Source: a virus
Strand: one strand, 5' to 3'
Virus record (IMG/VR): IMGVR_UViG_3300048578_000375
Length of the DNA: 64,000 nucleotides
The position numbers were made by a program, and so were the translations under genes. Shown here piece by piece: positions 52,039 through 63,017 of this stretch. The notes beneath the pieces are model-generated. The model was not told the DNA's origin. It ran no database searches and saw nothing but the letters and a program-made list of their open reading frames with translations. Within the stretch, counting starts at the first letter, position 1, and every line of letters begins with the position of its first letter.

Positions 52039-52229
52039 TCATTCCCTGGCGGGATTGGCTCGGTGCCGCGGTGGTGCGCCTCGGCTGGAAGCCGGGAGAT
52101 TTCTGGTCGGCCACACTGACAGAGTTCTTCGTCGCGCTCGACTTCTGGGCGGAGGTCAATGGCTTGAAGAGGCGCATCGACGCTCCGACGCGCGAGCGGC
52201 TTGAGGAGTTGAAACGGAAATATGGCTGA
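52002..52229 (+). CDS. Tail assembly chaperone frameshift extension (GT)
   Basis: The -1 frame reads 'LGWKPGDFWSATLTEF...RLEELKRKYG*' and ends overlapping the TMP start. Confidence 0.8.
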   Translation, partial: GKRGNRQGSDDIVIPWRDWLGAAVVRLGWKPGDFWSATLTEFFVALDFWAEVNGLKRRIDAPTRERLEELKRKYG

Positions 52230-54429
52230 TCTTGAACAGTTGGTGCTCTCGATCTCGGCGGACACGCGCCAGATGCAGCGCGCGCTGCAGCGCCTGGTCG
52301 GGGATACCCAGCAGGCTGCCGACAGCGTCGACAAGGCCTTCAGTGCTGCCCCGCCGAAGATCGATAATGTCGCGAAATCGCTTGGCAAAACGCAGGCAGC
52401 GACAGCAAACCTTGCCGCACAGTTTCAGGATATCGCCGTGCAGCTCCAGGGCGGCTCCTCGCCGCTGACGGTTGCGCTACAGCAGGGAACCCAGATCAGT
52501 CAGGTTATCGGTCAGCAGGGGGCGACGGGTGCAGTCAGCCTGCTGGGCTCGGCATTTGCATCGCTCCTCAGCCCGGTATCATTGGCCACCGTCGGCGTCA
52601 TCGCCCTGGGCGGTGCGGCCGTACAGTACGGCCTCAAGGCGCTCGGTGCCGTCAACAATCTCGACGAGGAGATCAAGAAGCATGAAGAACTGCTGAAGTC
52701 GTTGAAGGACGCTTGGGGTGATGTCGGCAAAGGCGTCCAAATCTCCGCCAAGGAGAGTTCCGATGTCTTGAAGGCGTTGCTCAATATCTCGACGGACAAG
52801 CTGCAGAAGGACTTCGATCGGCTAGCCAAATCCGCCGCATCGCCAGGCCAGCAGATGGCTCAGTTCGTCGATGAATTCGGGCGCGTTATCGATACCGGAG
52901 CCGACAAGTTCGCGCCGTTTCGCAAGGCAATCGACGATTTCAACGGATCGGTGCGGGCAGGCAAACCCGACGTCGCCGCATTTCGGCAGGCGATATCCGA
53001 GATCATCAACAATAGCGCAGACCAGAGTGTTCGTGCGCTTGGCGGTGAGCTGCTCGAGGCCAGCAAGAATGCCGGTGAGCTGGCCAACAATCTGCGCGCC
53101 ACGGCTGATGCGGGCAAGCAATTGTCCGTCGCCGCGCTCGCCGCGGCCGCGATCAACAAGAGCTTTGGCGATGCCATCGACAAGCTGAAGAGCACGGTGA
53201 CGCCAAATCTTGATGATCGCGAAAAGATCATGAAGAACTATACCGACGCGATGAAATCGGCGAACAGCGATGACAAGCAGCTCGCCGCGATGGCCGAGCG
53301 CGATAACCAGCTCGCCATTCTGTCCGCCAACGAACGGAAGAAGGCGGCGGAGGAAGCTGCCGGCGCTGCGGAAGCCGCACAAAAGCGTTTCGATGCCGCG
53401 CTAAATTCCACGTCGCGGCGGACGGCGAGTGTTCAGGGCGAGATCGAAGCGATCGGAAAGGGCGCCGGAGAACTCGCAAGGCTTGAGACTCAATATCGTC
53501 TGACCGAACAGGCGCAACAGTCGTTCGGGAAGGTGACACCGGAGGTTGCAGCAGGTATCGGCAAGGTCGCGTCTGCCGCCGGCATTGCCGCCGATGCGCT
53601 GTCGAAAGCCAAGGTGGCTTCACAAATCGACTTCGGAAACAAGACGGCGTTCCTGTCCGATCAGGATGTCAAGATCGCGCAGCAGCTCGCCTCGATCTAC
53701 GGCAACGATGTCGCGTCCGCGCTGAACTCGAGCTACGCCGCCGCGATCACGCTGAACGATGCCTTGCGCGGCACGTCGGCGGCGCTGTCGAACGACCTCA
53801 CCAGTGGCCTGACGGACATCGTGTCCGGCTCCAAGTCCGCCAAGGACGGGGTCAAGGACATGGCAGCCTCGATCATCCGCGACATGGAGCAGATCATCAT
53901 CAAGCTGACCGTGGTCGGACCGCTGATGCGGGCTTTGCAGACCGGCTTCAATTCGCTGGGCATTGGAAATCTGCTCGGCGGCGGGACGTCCTCGGCCGTC
54001 GGCAATCCGACGGTCATTGGCAGCCTCTTTGCCGAAGGCGGCTATACAGGCCGGGGCGGCAAGTATCAGGCGGCGGGGCTTGTCCACAAGGGAGAGGTGG
54101 TGTGGTCGCAGCGCGACGTGGCCCGCGCCGGCGGCGTCGGCGCCGTCGAGGGCATGCGGCTGCGCGGCTATGCCGACGGTGGCGTGGTGGCGCCCTCGTT
54201 TCCATCGGTGCCGCGCGGGCCGGGAGCACCGACCAACAACATCTACATCCAGGGCGCGCCATCGCAGCCGTCCGTTTCCACCAAGCCGAATGCGACCGGC
54301 GGGCAGGACATCTCGGTCGTCTTCCGCGATGCGGTGCGCACTGTGGTCAACGGCGATCTGTCCAGCGGAACCGGGCTGGCGCAGAGCCTGAAGCAGTTTT
54401 CGAGCGCCGGCGCGTTCCGGGGAGCGTAG
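52222..54429 (+). CDS. Tape measure protein
   Basis: Lambda-family N-terminus 'QFQDIAVQL.GG.SP....QQG.QI'; 735 aa, Ala-rich helical; C-terminal 'FAEGGYTG...AG.VHKGE.V'. Confidence 0.92.
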   Translation: MADLEQLVLSISADTRQMQRALQRLVGDTQQAADSVDKAFSAAPPKIDNVAKSLGKTQAATANLAAQFQDIAVQLQGGSSPLTVALQQGTQISQVIGQQGATGAVSLLGSAFASLLSPVSLATVGVIALGGAAVQYGLKALGAVNNLDEEIKKHEELLKSLKDAWGDVGKGVQISAKESSDVLKALLNISTDKLQKDFDRLAKSAASPGQQMAQFVDEFGRVIDTGADKFAPFRKAIDDFNGSVRAGKPDVAAFRQAISEIINNSADQSVRALGGELLEASKNAGELANNLRATADAGKQLSVAALAAAAINKSFGDAIDKLKSTVTPNLDDREKIMKNYTDAMKSANSDDKQLAAMAERDNQLAILSANERKKAAEEAAGAAEAAQKRFDAALNSTSRRTASVQGEIEAIGKGAGELARLETQYRLTEQAQQSFGKVTPEVAAGIGKVASAAGIAADALSKAKVASQIDFGNKTAFLSDQDVKIAQQLASIYGNDVASALNSSYAAAITLNDALRGTSAALSNDLTSGLTDIVSGSKSAKDGVKDMAASIIRDMEQIIIKLTVVGPLMRALQTGFNSLGIGNLLGGGTSSAVGNPTVIGSLFAEGGYTGRGGKYQAAGLVHKGEVVWSQRDVARAGGVGAVEGMRLRGYADGGVVAPSFPSVPRGPGAPTNNIYIQGAPSQPSVSTKPNATGGQDISVVFRDAVRTVVNGDLSSGTGLAQSLKQFSSAGAFRGA

Positions 54430-54431
54430 AT

Positions 54432-54806
54432 ATGCCATTGCCAAGCTGGCCGGCGGGCGTGCCGATCATCCCGAGACTGGAAGAATTTCAGCCCGTACAG
54501 CGGCTCCTGCCGCCGATCGCAACCGAAATGGAAGGGGGGAACGTACGTCTTCGGTCGCGGCCGGGCGACAATGTCGGGACGCTTCCGCTGCGCATGCGGA
54601 TGACGTTGGCCCAATTCTCGACATTCACGGCTTGGTGGAAGGTGACGCTCAATAACGCCACGGCGCGGTTTACCGCGAACGTCTTCCTTGGCGATGCCTG
54701 CTACAGCAAGGTCTGCCAATTCACCCGGGACGGCATTCCGCAGGATCAGTTCGTCGACAGCGATACGGTCGATGTCTCGATGACCTTGCGGGTTTATGAC
54801 ATCTGA
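54432..54806 (+). CDS. Distal tail (Dit/gpM-like) protein
   Basis: Position after TMP; 'WP..P', 'ME.G..R.R', 'F..WW...L..A...F'. Confidence 0.6.
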   Translation: MPLPSWPAGVPIIPRLEEFQPVQRLLPPIATEMEGGNVRLRSRPGDNVGTLPLRMRMTLAQFSTFTAWWKVTLNNATARFTANVFLGDACYSKVCQFTRDGIPQDQFVDSDTVDVSMTLRVYDI

Positions 54807-55333
54807 TGCCGACACACAGTGAAGCCCTGCTCGAGGCCTATGCCTCCTGTCCGCCGAGCGCGCGCATCTACTATACGCTGGAAATCTGGCAGGCGTCGTT
54901 CGATCAGCCGGCACGCGTGGTCGCCAATGTCGCTGATGATACGAGCTTCGGCATCGAGGCGGCCGCGCCGCGCAATGCGGGCGAGACCGTGACGTTCATT
55001 GCCTGTCCGTTTCAGGCGAGCTATCCGGAGCAGCGGGAGGGGCAGGCGCCGCAGACCGCGATCAAGATCGACAACGTCAACCGTTTCCTGGTGCCGAAGC
55101 TTCGGGCCGCGATGTCGGTTCGCCAGTACATTCAGGTGCTGTATCGCGAGTATCTCGGCAACGACCTGACCGAGCCGGCCTATGGGCCAGTGGAATTCGA
55201 GCTGCGCAACGTGCGGATGGTCGGCGCGTCGCTCACCGGGACCGTCATGGTGAAGAACCTGCAGAACAAGCGCTTCCCGCGGCTCACCAAGAACTACGAT
55301 TACATCCAGTTTCCGAGCCTGCTGCCGACGTGA
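54806..55333 (+). CDS. DUF1833-like minor tail protein
   Basis: 'EAYAS.P....TLEI', 'F.A.PF....P', 'IDNV', 'N..FP...Y....FP.L'. Confidence 0.75.
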   Translation: MPTHSEALLEAYASCPPSARIYYTLEIWQASFDQPARVVANVADDTSFGIEAAAPRNAGETVTFIACPFQASYPEQREGQAPQTAIKIDNVNRFLVPKLRAAMSVRQYIQVLYREYLGNDLTEPAYGPVEFELRNVRMVGASLTGTVMVKNLQNKRFPRLTKNYDYIQFPSLLPT

Positions 55334-55743
55334 CCCGCTCCGAATTCCTCGTGCCCCTGATCGGCGAGCCCTGGGCGTGGCAGTCCCGCAACTGCTGGGA
55401 TTTCGCGTGCCATGTCCAACGCGAACTGTTTGGCCGGAATCTGCCGGCAATCGCGGTACCGGAGGCCTTCAGCAGGCGCTGGGTATTGGATGAGTTCGCC
55501 GCGCATCCGGAGCGGGCGCTGTGGCGCGAGATCCCGGAAGGGCCCGGCGGCCTGGTCATGGCCGCTGACGGAGCGCTGGTCTTGATGGCGCATCTGCGTT
55601 TCCCCGCGCATATCGGCGTCTGGTTGCGGCCGGAGGCGCGGGTCATCCATTGTGACGGCAAGACCGGCGTCGCCTGTGAGACGCCCTTGGCCTTGCGCCA
55701 GATGGGCTGGAAAAAGTTGACGTTCTTCGAACCGAAGGAATGA
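55330..55743 (+). CDS. NlpC/P60-like tail-tip assembly protein
   Basis: 'G.PW....NCW', 'H.GVW', 'IHC'. Confidence 0.75.
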   Translation: MTRSEFLVPLIGEPWAWQSRNCWDFACHVQRELFGRNLPAIAVPEAFSRRWVLDEFAAHPERALWREIPEGPGGLVMAADGALVLMAHLRFPAHIGVWLRPEARVIHCDGKTGVACETPLALRQMGWKKLTFFEPKE

Positions 55744-55747
55744 TCCG

Positions 55748-55903
55748 ATGGATCTGATTGTCGATCTGATCGACCAACTCATTGAGGAACGGATCAGGGT
55801 TGCCCTCGCCGATTCCAATTGGAACGGCAAAGACGAAAACAAAATCGTCGTTCTCAAAGAAAAGATTAGGCGCGTCCTAGTCGAGAACATTCCGAACAAG
55901 TAG
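55748..55903 (+). CDS. Small low-GC hypothetical insert
   Basis: 51-aa open frame MDLIVDLIDQLIEERIRV...NIPNK*. Confidence 0.45.
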   Translation: MDLIVDLIDQLIEERIRVALADSNWNGKDENKIVVLKEKIRRVLVENIPNK

Positions 55904-55909
55904 CCATCT

Positions 55910-58900
55910 ATGCACGCTCCACTTCCCAAGATCACGGCCAAGCCGCTGCCGCAGCGCTCCCACGCGCGTCGTGAGCGGCGCAGCGATGCTGCTCGGCGTC
56001 CAGTGCTGCATGTCGTGATGCCCGGCATCGAGGTCGCCAGCGAGTTGCCGCGCAAAGGAGAGACGGTGACAGCCTTCCTGCGCCGCTCGGGCTGGGCGAC
56101 GCGCGATCGATGCTATGGCTGGCAGTTCCGCAAGGGCCTGCCGACCGTCCTTGAGATCAATGGCGAAGCAGTGCTGCGCAGGGAGTGGCGCCGGCGGCGC
56201 ATCGGCACGGCCGATGCCGTGCGTTTCGTCTCCTATCCGCTGGGAGGTGGCGGCAACGGCAGCACCGGCAAGCAGGTGATCGGCCTGGTCGCCCTGATTG
56301 CCGTCTCCGCCTTTGCGCTGTGGGTGCCGGGCGCGATCGGCCTCGCTGCGGGGTCGTTTGGGGCACTTGCGACGACGGCCGCGATCGGCATCGGCGGCTC
56401 GCTGCTGATCAATGCCTTGACCGCGCCGAAGGCCGGCGCCACGAACGCGCCGGATTCAACGCAGGACCAGATCTATACGGCCGCGGCGCAGGGCAATGCT
56501 GCGCGGCTCGGCCAGCCGCTGCCGGTCTGGTATGGCCGGCTGAAGCGCTATCCGGACTTCGCCGCGGCGCCCTGGAGCGAGTTCGTCGGCAACGAGCAGT
56601 ATCTCAACGTGCTCCTGTCGGTGACGATGGGCAGTCTGGAGTATGAAAACCTGTTCATCGACGATACGGTCCTGTGGGATGCAGACGACGGTATCTCCGC
56701 TTCGTATCCCGAGGCGCAGGTCGCCTTCTACGAGCCGGGCGAGGAGGTCACGCTCTTCCCGGCCAATGTGGCGACCTCGGAGGAGGTCTCCGGGCAGCAG
56801 CTTCCGGATGGCACAGGGACCACCGGCGGATTCTTCGTCGCACCATCGTCCAGGACCTCCGGCGAATGGATCGGACCGTTCGCGGCCAACCCGCCCGGCA
56901 CGCTCGCGCAGTCGCTGGCTGTCGATTTCGTGATGCCGGCAGGCGTTGCGACCTTCAACCCGGGCAACAATGGCGGCCGCGTCGGTTATGGCACGGTGCC
57001 GCTGACGGCGGAGTATTGCCCGATCAATGACGCGGGCGCGCAGATCGGCCCGTTCGCGACGCTGTTCTCCGGCACGTTCAGCTACGGCTCGACCAGCCCG
57101 ATCCGCGACAGCCGCAAGATCGACGTCGGGCCCGGCCGCTATGCGGTGCGCTTCCGCCGCGACGATGCGGCGTTCTCGAGCGAACTCGGCTCCAACCAGG
57201 TGATCTGGGCGGGCCTGCGCGCGTTCCTGAAGGGCAGCAATTCGTTTCCGGACGTCTCGACGGTGGCGATCCGCCTCAAGGCCTCGCAATCGACGCAGGG
57301 CTCCTTCAAGTTCGGGGTGCTGGGCACGCGCAAGCTGCCTGTGTGGGATGGGTCGACCTTCGTCACGCAGGCGACCCGCAATGGCGGCTGGGCATTCTAT
57401 GATGCTGCCGCCAATGCGCAATATGGCGCGGGAATCTCGCTCTCGAAGATCGATTTCAACGGCGTCGTCGCGTTCGCGGCCGGCTGCGACGGCCGGGGCG
57501 ATACGTTCGATTATTGCTTCACGTCCGCCGCGGCGGTCCCGGAAGCGCTCGAAAAGATCCTGACGCCGGCGAGGGCCCGGCACTTCTGGCTGGGCGATAC
57601 CATCTCGGTCGTACGTGACGAGTGGCGCGACGTGCCGACCATGCTGCTCACGGATCGGGAGATCGTGCGCGATTCCACGCAGGTCGGCTTTACCATGCTC
57701 GGGGAGGAGGATCCCGATGCGGTGATCATCGAATACGTCGACCAAGAGACCTGGCGGGCGGCTCAGGTGCAGTATCCGCCGAACTCGCCGACATTCACCG
57801 CGCAGAATGCCGAGGTGAAGCGCATCGACGGCATGATCATCCGGGCCAACTGCTATAAGGAAGCCGCCTTCTACTACCTGCAGTCCATCTATCGCCGCGA
57901 GACGGTCGAGATCGGAACGGAATATGAGGGGCGCGCCATCACCTTCGGCTCGGTGCTGCGGGTGCAGTCCGAGCTCCCGGAAACCTACGGCTATGGGGGC
58001 GCTGTCACCGCCGTCGACGGCAACGAGCTGACCCTATCGCCGGCACCGATCTGGGATACTGGGCCGTTCTATATCCGCCTGCGGCGGCCGAACGGGACCT
58101 CCTTCGGCCCGGTCCTGGTGACGCAAGGTGAGAGTGCCGCAATCGCGGTGCTCGATGCCGGCAGTCTTGCCGATGCCGAGGACGAGCAAGGGATTACGCT
58201 CTCCGCCGTGCTGGCGCGGGAGGATGGTGGTGAGGATCCGAGCTTCGAGCTGGGGACCGGCGTATCGTCCTCCAGGCTATGCATGGTGCTGGGCGGCCAG
58301 CCGAACGGCGACCGCTGCACGCTCAGCCTGGTTGTCGATGATGAGCGGGTGCATGCGACCGATCTCGGCGATGCTCCGCTGCTGCCGGTTGGGCAATTCC
58401 CGGCCAACGACAAGGTGCCGCTGATCGTCGGGCTCAACGCATTGTTTGATCAGGGCATCGCCGAGCCGGTGCTCGCGGCGAGTTGGTTCCCGGCCGCCGG
58501 CGCGATCTATTACATCGCCGAGGTCTCCTATGATAGCGGCGCGACTTGGCAGCAGGTCCATGAAGGGCAGGGCAATCAGTTCTCGGCCGTGGTGACGCCC
58601 GCCGCCCTGACGCTGCGGGTGCAGGCGGTTACCGCAGCGGTCCGGGGTCCCTATGCCACGGTGAGCGTGAGCGCGCCGACCATCGAGATCGCCTCTGGCA
58701 CGGTCGTGCTGAAATCCCTGATCGAGGGCATCCGCTACCAAGTCACGACGCTCGAGGATCAGCTCAACGACAAGATCGACGAGGCCAAGGCGCTGTTCGC
58801 GTCTGCCATCGCCGAGCAGGACGCGCTCAACTGGCTCAACAAGGCAAAGGTGCGCCACGACCTGTTCGCGGTCGCCGGCGATGCGCAGGCGCGCATCTCC

Positions 58901-59704
58901 ACGCTGGAGACGACGCTCGTCGGCGACGAAATTGCGTTCGCCGAATTCCAGACGGAGGTCAGCGCGACGTTCGGTCCGGCGTTCTCGAGCGTCAGCACCG
59001 TGTCCGATGCAGTCGCCACGCTGGAGGGCTACGCCGCGGCCTCCTATGCGGTGACGCTCAACGTCAACGGCTACGCGACCGGCTTCGAGCTGGTCAATGG
59101 CGGCAGCGGCGTCTCCAGCTTCACGGTGGTCGCCGACAAATTCCAGATTCAGTTGCCGGGCTACAATGGCGGTGCGCCGGTGCCGGTGTTCACCACGGGC
59201 ATGATCGACGGTGTGCCGGCGGTCGGCATCAGCGGCAACGTCTTCCTGGACGGCGAATTCCAAGCATCGAAGATCGCTGCGGGGTCGATCACCACGACGC
59301 AGCTCGCGGTCGGCGGCGTCGGTCTGGACAATCTGCTCGACGGTGCCGCCGCCAACGTCGCGGGATCGACCGGCAGCGGTTCGGCGGCCGTCGTGGTCGA
59401 CGTCAAGAACGGTCGCGCGATCGTTTGGGGATTTGCCAGCACGGGCGGCTCCGGTGGCACCATGTCTGCCGGTCTCACCGTCGACGGCTCACCGATTTCG
59501 GGCGCGGCAGGTGGATCGGCCGCGCCGGTTACCGGAGTCGGCGGTCCCGTCGACGCGCCATTCTATACCTATGGCACGCCTCCACCGATTGCAGTGATGG
59601 GATTCGTGACGGGGTTGAGCAATGGCAACCATACGTTTGCGATCTCGGCAACAGCCCCGGCCGCTCCGTCAGTCTCTATCGTCGTACTGAATCCGCGCAG
59701 GTGA
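55910..59704 (+). CDS. Host-specificity / central tail protein (lambda J-like, with gpI-like N-terminus)
   Basis: 1264 aa; N-terminal 'VSYPLGGGG..KQV..LVAL', 'G.P.PV.YG', FN3-like region, DUF1983-like 'G..Y..GF.L..G.....F.V.AD.F'. Confidence 0.85.
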   Translation: MHAPLPKITAKPLPQRSHARRERRSDAARRPVLHVVMPGIEVASELPRKGETVTAFLRRSGWATRDRCYGWQFRKGLPTVLEINGEAVLRREWRRRRIGTADAVRFVSYPLGGGGNGSTGKQVIGLVALIAVSAFALWVPGAIGLAAGSFGALATTAAIGIGGSLLINALTAPKAGATNAPDSTQDQIYTAAAQGNAARLGQPLPVWYGRLKRYPDFAAAPWSEFVGNEQYLNVLLSVTMGSLEYENLFIDDTVLWDADDGISASYPEAQVAFYEPGEEVTLFPANVATSEEVSGQQLPDGTGTTGGFFVAPSSRTSGEWIGPFAANPPGTLAQSLAVDFVMPAGVATFNPGNNGGRVGYGTVPLTAEYCPINDAGAQIGPFATLFSGTFSYGSTSPIRDSRKIDVGPGRYAVRFRRDDAAFSSELGSNQVIWAGLRAFLKGSNSFPDVSTVAIRLKASQSTQGSFKFGVLGTRKLPVWDGSTFVTQATRNGGWAFYDAAANAQYGAGISLSKIDFNGVVAFAAGCDGRGDTFDYCFTSAAAVPEALEKILTPARARHFWLGDTISVVRDEWRDVPTMLLTDREIVRDSTQVGFTMLGEEDPDAVIIEYVDQETWRAAQVQYPPNSPTFTAQNAEVKRIDGMIIRANCYKEAAFYYLQSIYRRETVEIGTEYEGRAITFGSVLRVQSELPETYGYGGAVTAVDGNELTLSPAPIWDTGPFYIRLRRPNGTSFGPVLVTQGESAAIAVLDAGSLADAEDEQGITLSAVLAREDGGEDPSFELGTGVSSSRLCMVLGGQPNGDRCTLSLVVDDERVHATDLGDAPLLPVGQFPANDKVPLIVGLNALFDQGIAEPVLAASWFPAAGAIYYIAEVSYDSGATWQQVHEGQGNQFSAVVTPAALTLRVQAVTAAVRGPYATVSVSAPTIEIASGTVVLKSLIEGIRYQVTTLEDQLNDKIDEAKALFASAIAEQDALNWLNKAKVRHDLFAVAGDAQARISTLETTLVGDEIAFAEFQTEVSATFGPAFSSVSTVSDAVATLEGYAAASYAVTLNVNGYATGFELVNGGSGVSSFTVVADKFQIQLPGYNGGAPVPVFTTGMIDGVPAVGISGNVFLDGEFQASKIAAGSITTTQLAVGGVGLDNLLDGAAANVAGSTGSGSAAVVVDVKNGRAIVWGFASTGGSGGTMSAGLTVDGSPISGAAGGSAAPVTGVGGPVDAPFYTYGTPPPIAVMGFVTGLSNGNHTFAISATAPAAPSVSIVVLNPRR

Positions 59705-59708
59705 CAAC

Positions 59709-61934
59709 ATGACCGCACTCGTCAGCTATTCCACCGGCACCGTCAGTGTTGCGGCCGGCGGCACGACCGTCACCGGCACCGGCACGATCTGGTCGCGCGC
59801 CAGCGTGCTCCCTGGCGACGTGCTGCAGATCGGCAATGTCCAGTCGATCATCTGCGATGTCGTGGACGTCGACGAACTGACGATCCCGCCGTGGGGCGGC
59901 GGTGAGCAAACGAGCGTCGCCTACAAGATCTGGCAGGTCTCGCCGCAACGCTTTGCCGGCGAGCAGGCGATGAAGAACGTCAATCTCGTGATGGCTGCGC
60001 TCGACACGACCGGATTCTTCTTCTTTGTCGGTGCTGACGAAGCCGAGCCGAATCCGTCCTATGGTGATGAGGGGCAGTATGGGTTCCAGCCGACCACCGG
60101 CAAGATGTGGGCGAAGGTCTCGGGCGCGTGGTCCTATCTCGGCATCTACAAGGCGTTTCAGTTGAGGGGCGCATACAGCGGTGCCACCACGTATTCCGTC
60201 GGCGATGTCGTCACAGAGTCCGGCTCGTCCTATGTCTGGATCAATGACACGTCCGGATCGGATCACGCGCCGCCGAACGCGACCTATTGGCAACTGCTCG
60301 CGTCGAAAGGCGATACGGGATCCGCTGGACTTGGTCCGGTTGCGGCATGGACAACCGGACATGACTACGTCGCAGGTCCGCCGGCTGATTATGTCAGCGA
60401 CGGCGGATCCTCGTATATGTGCCTTGTCGATCATACGTCGGGAACATTTGCCGCTGATCTTGCTGCGGGCAAATGGGGACTGGTCGCGCAAAAAGGTGCG
60501 GATGGGACGGCCCCGCCGGCATATGGCGGGACGAGTGCGACGTCCTTTGCGATCGGCACCGGCTCGAAAGCGTTCACCACGCAAGCCGGGCTGGCCTACT
60601 CGGACGGCGCGCGCGTCCGCGCCAGCTCGGCCGGGAGTCCCGGCAACTGGATGGAGGGCGTTGCGACCTACGCCGGCACGACGCTCACCATCGCTGTCGA
60701 CAGGACGGCGGGCAGCGGCACCTTTGCCGACTGGAATTTCAACATCGGCGGCGAGCCGGGAGACGATGGCACTTCGTCGCTCTCGGACGTCGATCGCCGG
60801 AATAGCCTGCTCGAACGAATCTATCAGGCCAAGCTGTTCGGAGGCTTCCGCCGGTTCATCAATGCCTTCGCTGATGGCTTCAAGACAAGCACCGGCATCG
60901 CGGCCGGCTCTTCGAGCAATTATGCCGTCGACACGACCAACGGATTCGTGCAGCCGACATCCGCCTATGCGGCGAACATGACGTCGCTGTTGCACTTCGA
61001 CGGCAGCAACGGTTCGACGACGATCACTGAATCCGGTATCGCGCGCACCTGGACAAATCACACCGGCGCGATCAGCACCGCGCAAAGCAAGTTCGGCGGA
61101 TCGTCCTATAATTGCGGCGCCGGCGCCGGATGGGTGGACACACCAGACAGTGCCGATTTTACGCTCGGAGGCAGCGACTTCACGGTCGATTTCTGGTTTT
61201 ACGTTTCCGGCGGATCCGGAGCGCGGCGCTTCGCTGCAGGCCAGATGTCCAGCAGTGGCACGACCGGCGCATGGTTCACGGAATTGAACGCCTCGAACGT
61301 CCTGAGCGCGACGGTCTACAAGGCCAGCGCACAAACGACGGTGACGGGAACGACCGCGATCACGACGACCGGCTGGCATCATGCCGCCTTTGTCCGAACC
61401 GGCAATAATCTGATGCTGTTTCTGGACGGCGTGCAGGAGGGCAGCACAACGGCGTTCACCGGATCCGTGGATGATTCCGCCGATGTGCTTTCGGTCGGCC
61501 GCGGTGGTACATTGGCGTCGCTACAATGGAATGGCTACATCGACGAGTTCCGGCTGAGCAAGGGCGTTGCCAGGTGGACCGCGGGCTTCACGCCGCCGGC
61601 GTCTGCCTATGCGCCGATCGTCGACGCCATGACATTGGTCACGGCCGCGCAGACGGCGGATTCGGCGGTCGGCAATGGCCGGGTCCTGATCGAGTTCGAC
61701 AATGCGGATGCGCCGACGCTCGACACCGATCTGACGGTCGAGGTGACGTGCAACGGCGGCGCCAATTGGGCGGCCGCCGCGCTGTCGTCAGTCTCGACCA
61801 ATGGCCAGGGTGGCCGGAAGATCGTCGAGACTGTCGACCAGGTGTGCACGGGCGGCACGTCATTCGCCGCGCGGATCAAGACCTTCAACGGCAAGAATGT
61901 CCCGATCCACGGGGTGAGCCTGACGGTTCACTGA
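59709..61934 (+). CDS. Tail fibre/RBP (same gene as 1376-3601)
   Basis: Identical translation. Confidence 0.8.
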   Translation: MTALVSYSTGTVSVAAGGTTVTGTGTIWSRASVLPGDVLQIGNVQSIICDVVDVDELTIPPWGGGEQTSVAYKIWQVSPQRFAGEQAMKNVNLVMAALDTTGFFFFVGADEAEPNPSYGDEGQYGFQPTTGKMWAKVSGAWSYLGIYKAFQLRGAYSGATTYSVGDVVTESGSSYVWINDTSGSDHAPPNATYWQLLASKGDTGSAGLGPVAAWTTGHDYVAGPPADYVSDGGSSYMCLVDHTSGTFAADLAAGKWGLVAQKGADGTAPPAYGGTSATSFAIGTGSKAFTTQAGLAYSDGARVRASSAGSPGNWMEGVATYAGTTLTIAVDRTAGSGTFADWNFNIGGEPGDDGTSSLSDVDRRNSLLERIYQAKLFGGFRRFINAFADGFKTSTGIAAGSSSNYAVDTTNGFVQPTSAYAANMTSLLHFDGSNGSTTITESGIARTWTNHTGAISTAQSKFGGSSYNCGAGAGWVDTPDSADFTLGGSDFTVDFWFYVSGGSGARRFAAGQMSSSGTTGAWFTELNASNVLSATVYKASAQTTVTGTTAITTTGWHHAAFVRTGNNLMLFLDGVQEGSTTAFTGSVDDSADVLSVGRGGTLASLQWNGYIDEFRLSKGVARWTAGFTPPASAYAPIVDAMTLVTAAQTADSAVGNGRVLIEFDNADAPTLDTDLTVEVTCNGGANWAAAALSSVSTNGQGGRKIVETVDQVCTGGTSFAARIKTFNGKNVPIHGVSLTVH

Positions 61935-62319
61935 GGGAGCGGGTCGCGGGAGCTCTCGCTCCTGCCTTCCAAATTGTGAGGGAGTGATGGCGGTTACAAT
62001 TCCGTTCTCGTCGAAGACGAGTCCGACATGTCGTTCGTCCATTTGGCGTCATCCTATGCATGGCTGGTGCCGGGTGGTTCATAATCAGCAGCATAGGTGC
62101 TGACCCCCAGTATTCCCGCCACGCCGGGAATGACCCTGCGCTGCTGCTAACGGTTATTCGTGGGGCCACCCGGCCTAAGGACTAGCCGGAAAACCTATGC
62201 TGCCTTTGTCGCGCTGCCGGTTATGACGCCACCAGCGCGGGCGCGACCTTAGCAGCTCAATTCTCGCCGAAACAGCCCCCGGCGGGGCTCTTTTCCACCA
62301 AGCCAGAACGGAGATCACC

Positions 62320-62967
62320 ATGTCATGGCGCCTCGCGCGCGGGCTCGAGCAGCTACGCGCCCAAGTCAACGCAAAGTGGCCCAAGCGCAGCAAGGACAGC
62401 GATGGGTCGATCGGAGACACCAGCCATTCGGCGCGTGCATCCGACCACAATCCGGATGGCGCCGGCGTGGTGCATGCGATCGATATCACCCACGATCCGA
62501 AGGGCGGTTTCGACAGCTATGCCTTCGCCGACCTGTTGCTCGAGCGGCAGGATCCTCGGCTCAAATACGTGATCTCGAACCGACGGATCGGATCGGGCCC
62601 GGCCGGGCCGTCGCCTGGCGCCTGGCGCAAATATACCGGCGTCAACCCGCACGATCATCACGTTCATGTTTCGATCGTCTCGGGCGCGCTCGCCGATGAC
62701 GCGCGGGACTGGGATATCGGCGAGGTGACTGCCGCAGCCCCGGTCGCCGCAACGGCCTATGTGGCGCCGCCGGCGACCCTGCGCAGGGGCGATCGCGGTC
62801 TGCAGGTCCAGACCCTGCAGGGCCGGCTGAACGCTCACGGGGCCGTCCTGAAGGTCGATGGCGACTTCGGCCCCGCGACGCTGGCCGCATTGCGGGCCTT
62901 CCAGGCGAGCGCCGGGCTCGTGCCTGACGGCATCTGCGGCCCGATGTCCTGGCGCGCGCTCGCCTGA
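62320..62967 (+). CDS. Endolysin (same gene as 3987-4634)
   Basis: Identical translation. Confidence 0.85.
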   Translation: MSWRLARGLEQLRAQVNAKWPKRSKDSDGSIGDTSHSARASDHNPDGAGVVHAIDITHDPKGGFDSYAFADLLLERQDPRLKYVISNRRIGSGPAGPSPGAWRKYTGVNPHDHHVHVSIVSGALADDARDWDIGEVTAAAPVAATAYVAPPATLRRGDRGLQVQTLQGRLNAHGAVLKVDGDFGPATLAALRAFQASAGLVPDGICGPMSWRALA

Positions 62968-63017
62968 CGCTATTGCCGCCGCGCGACGGTCCTCGCGCTT
63001 TTCAAAGGAGAAAACCA

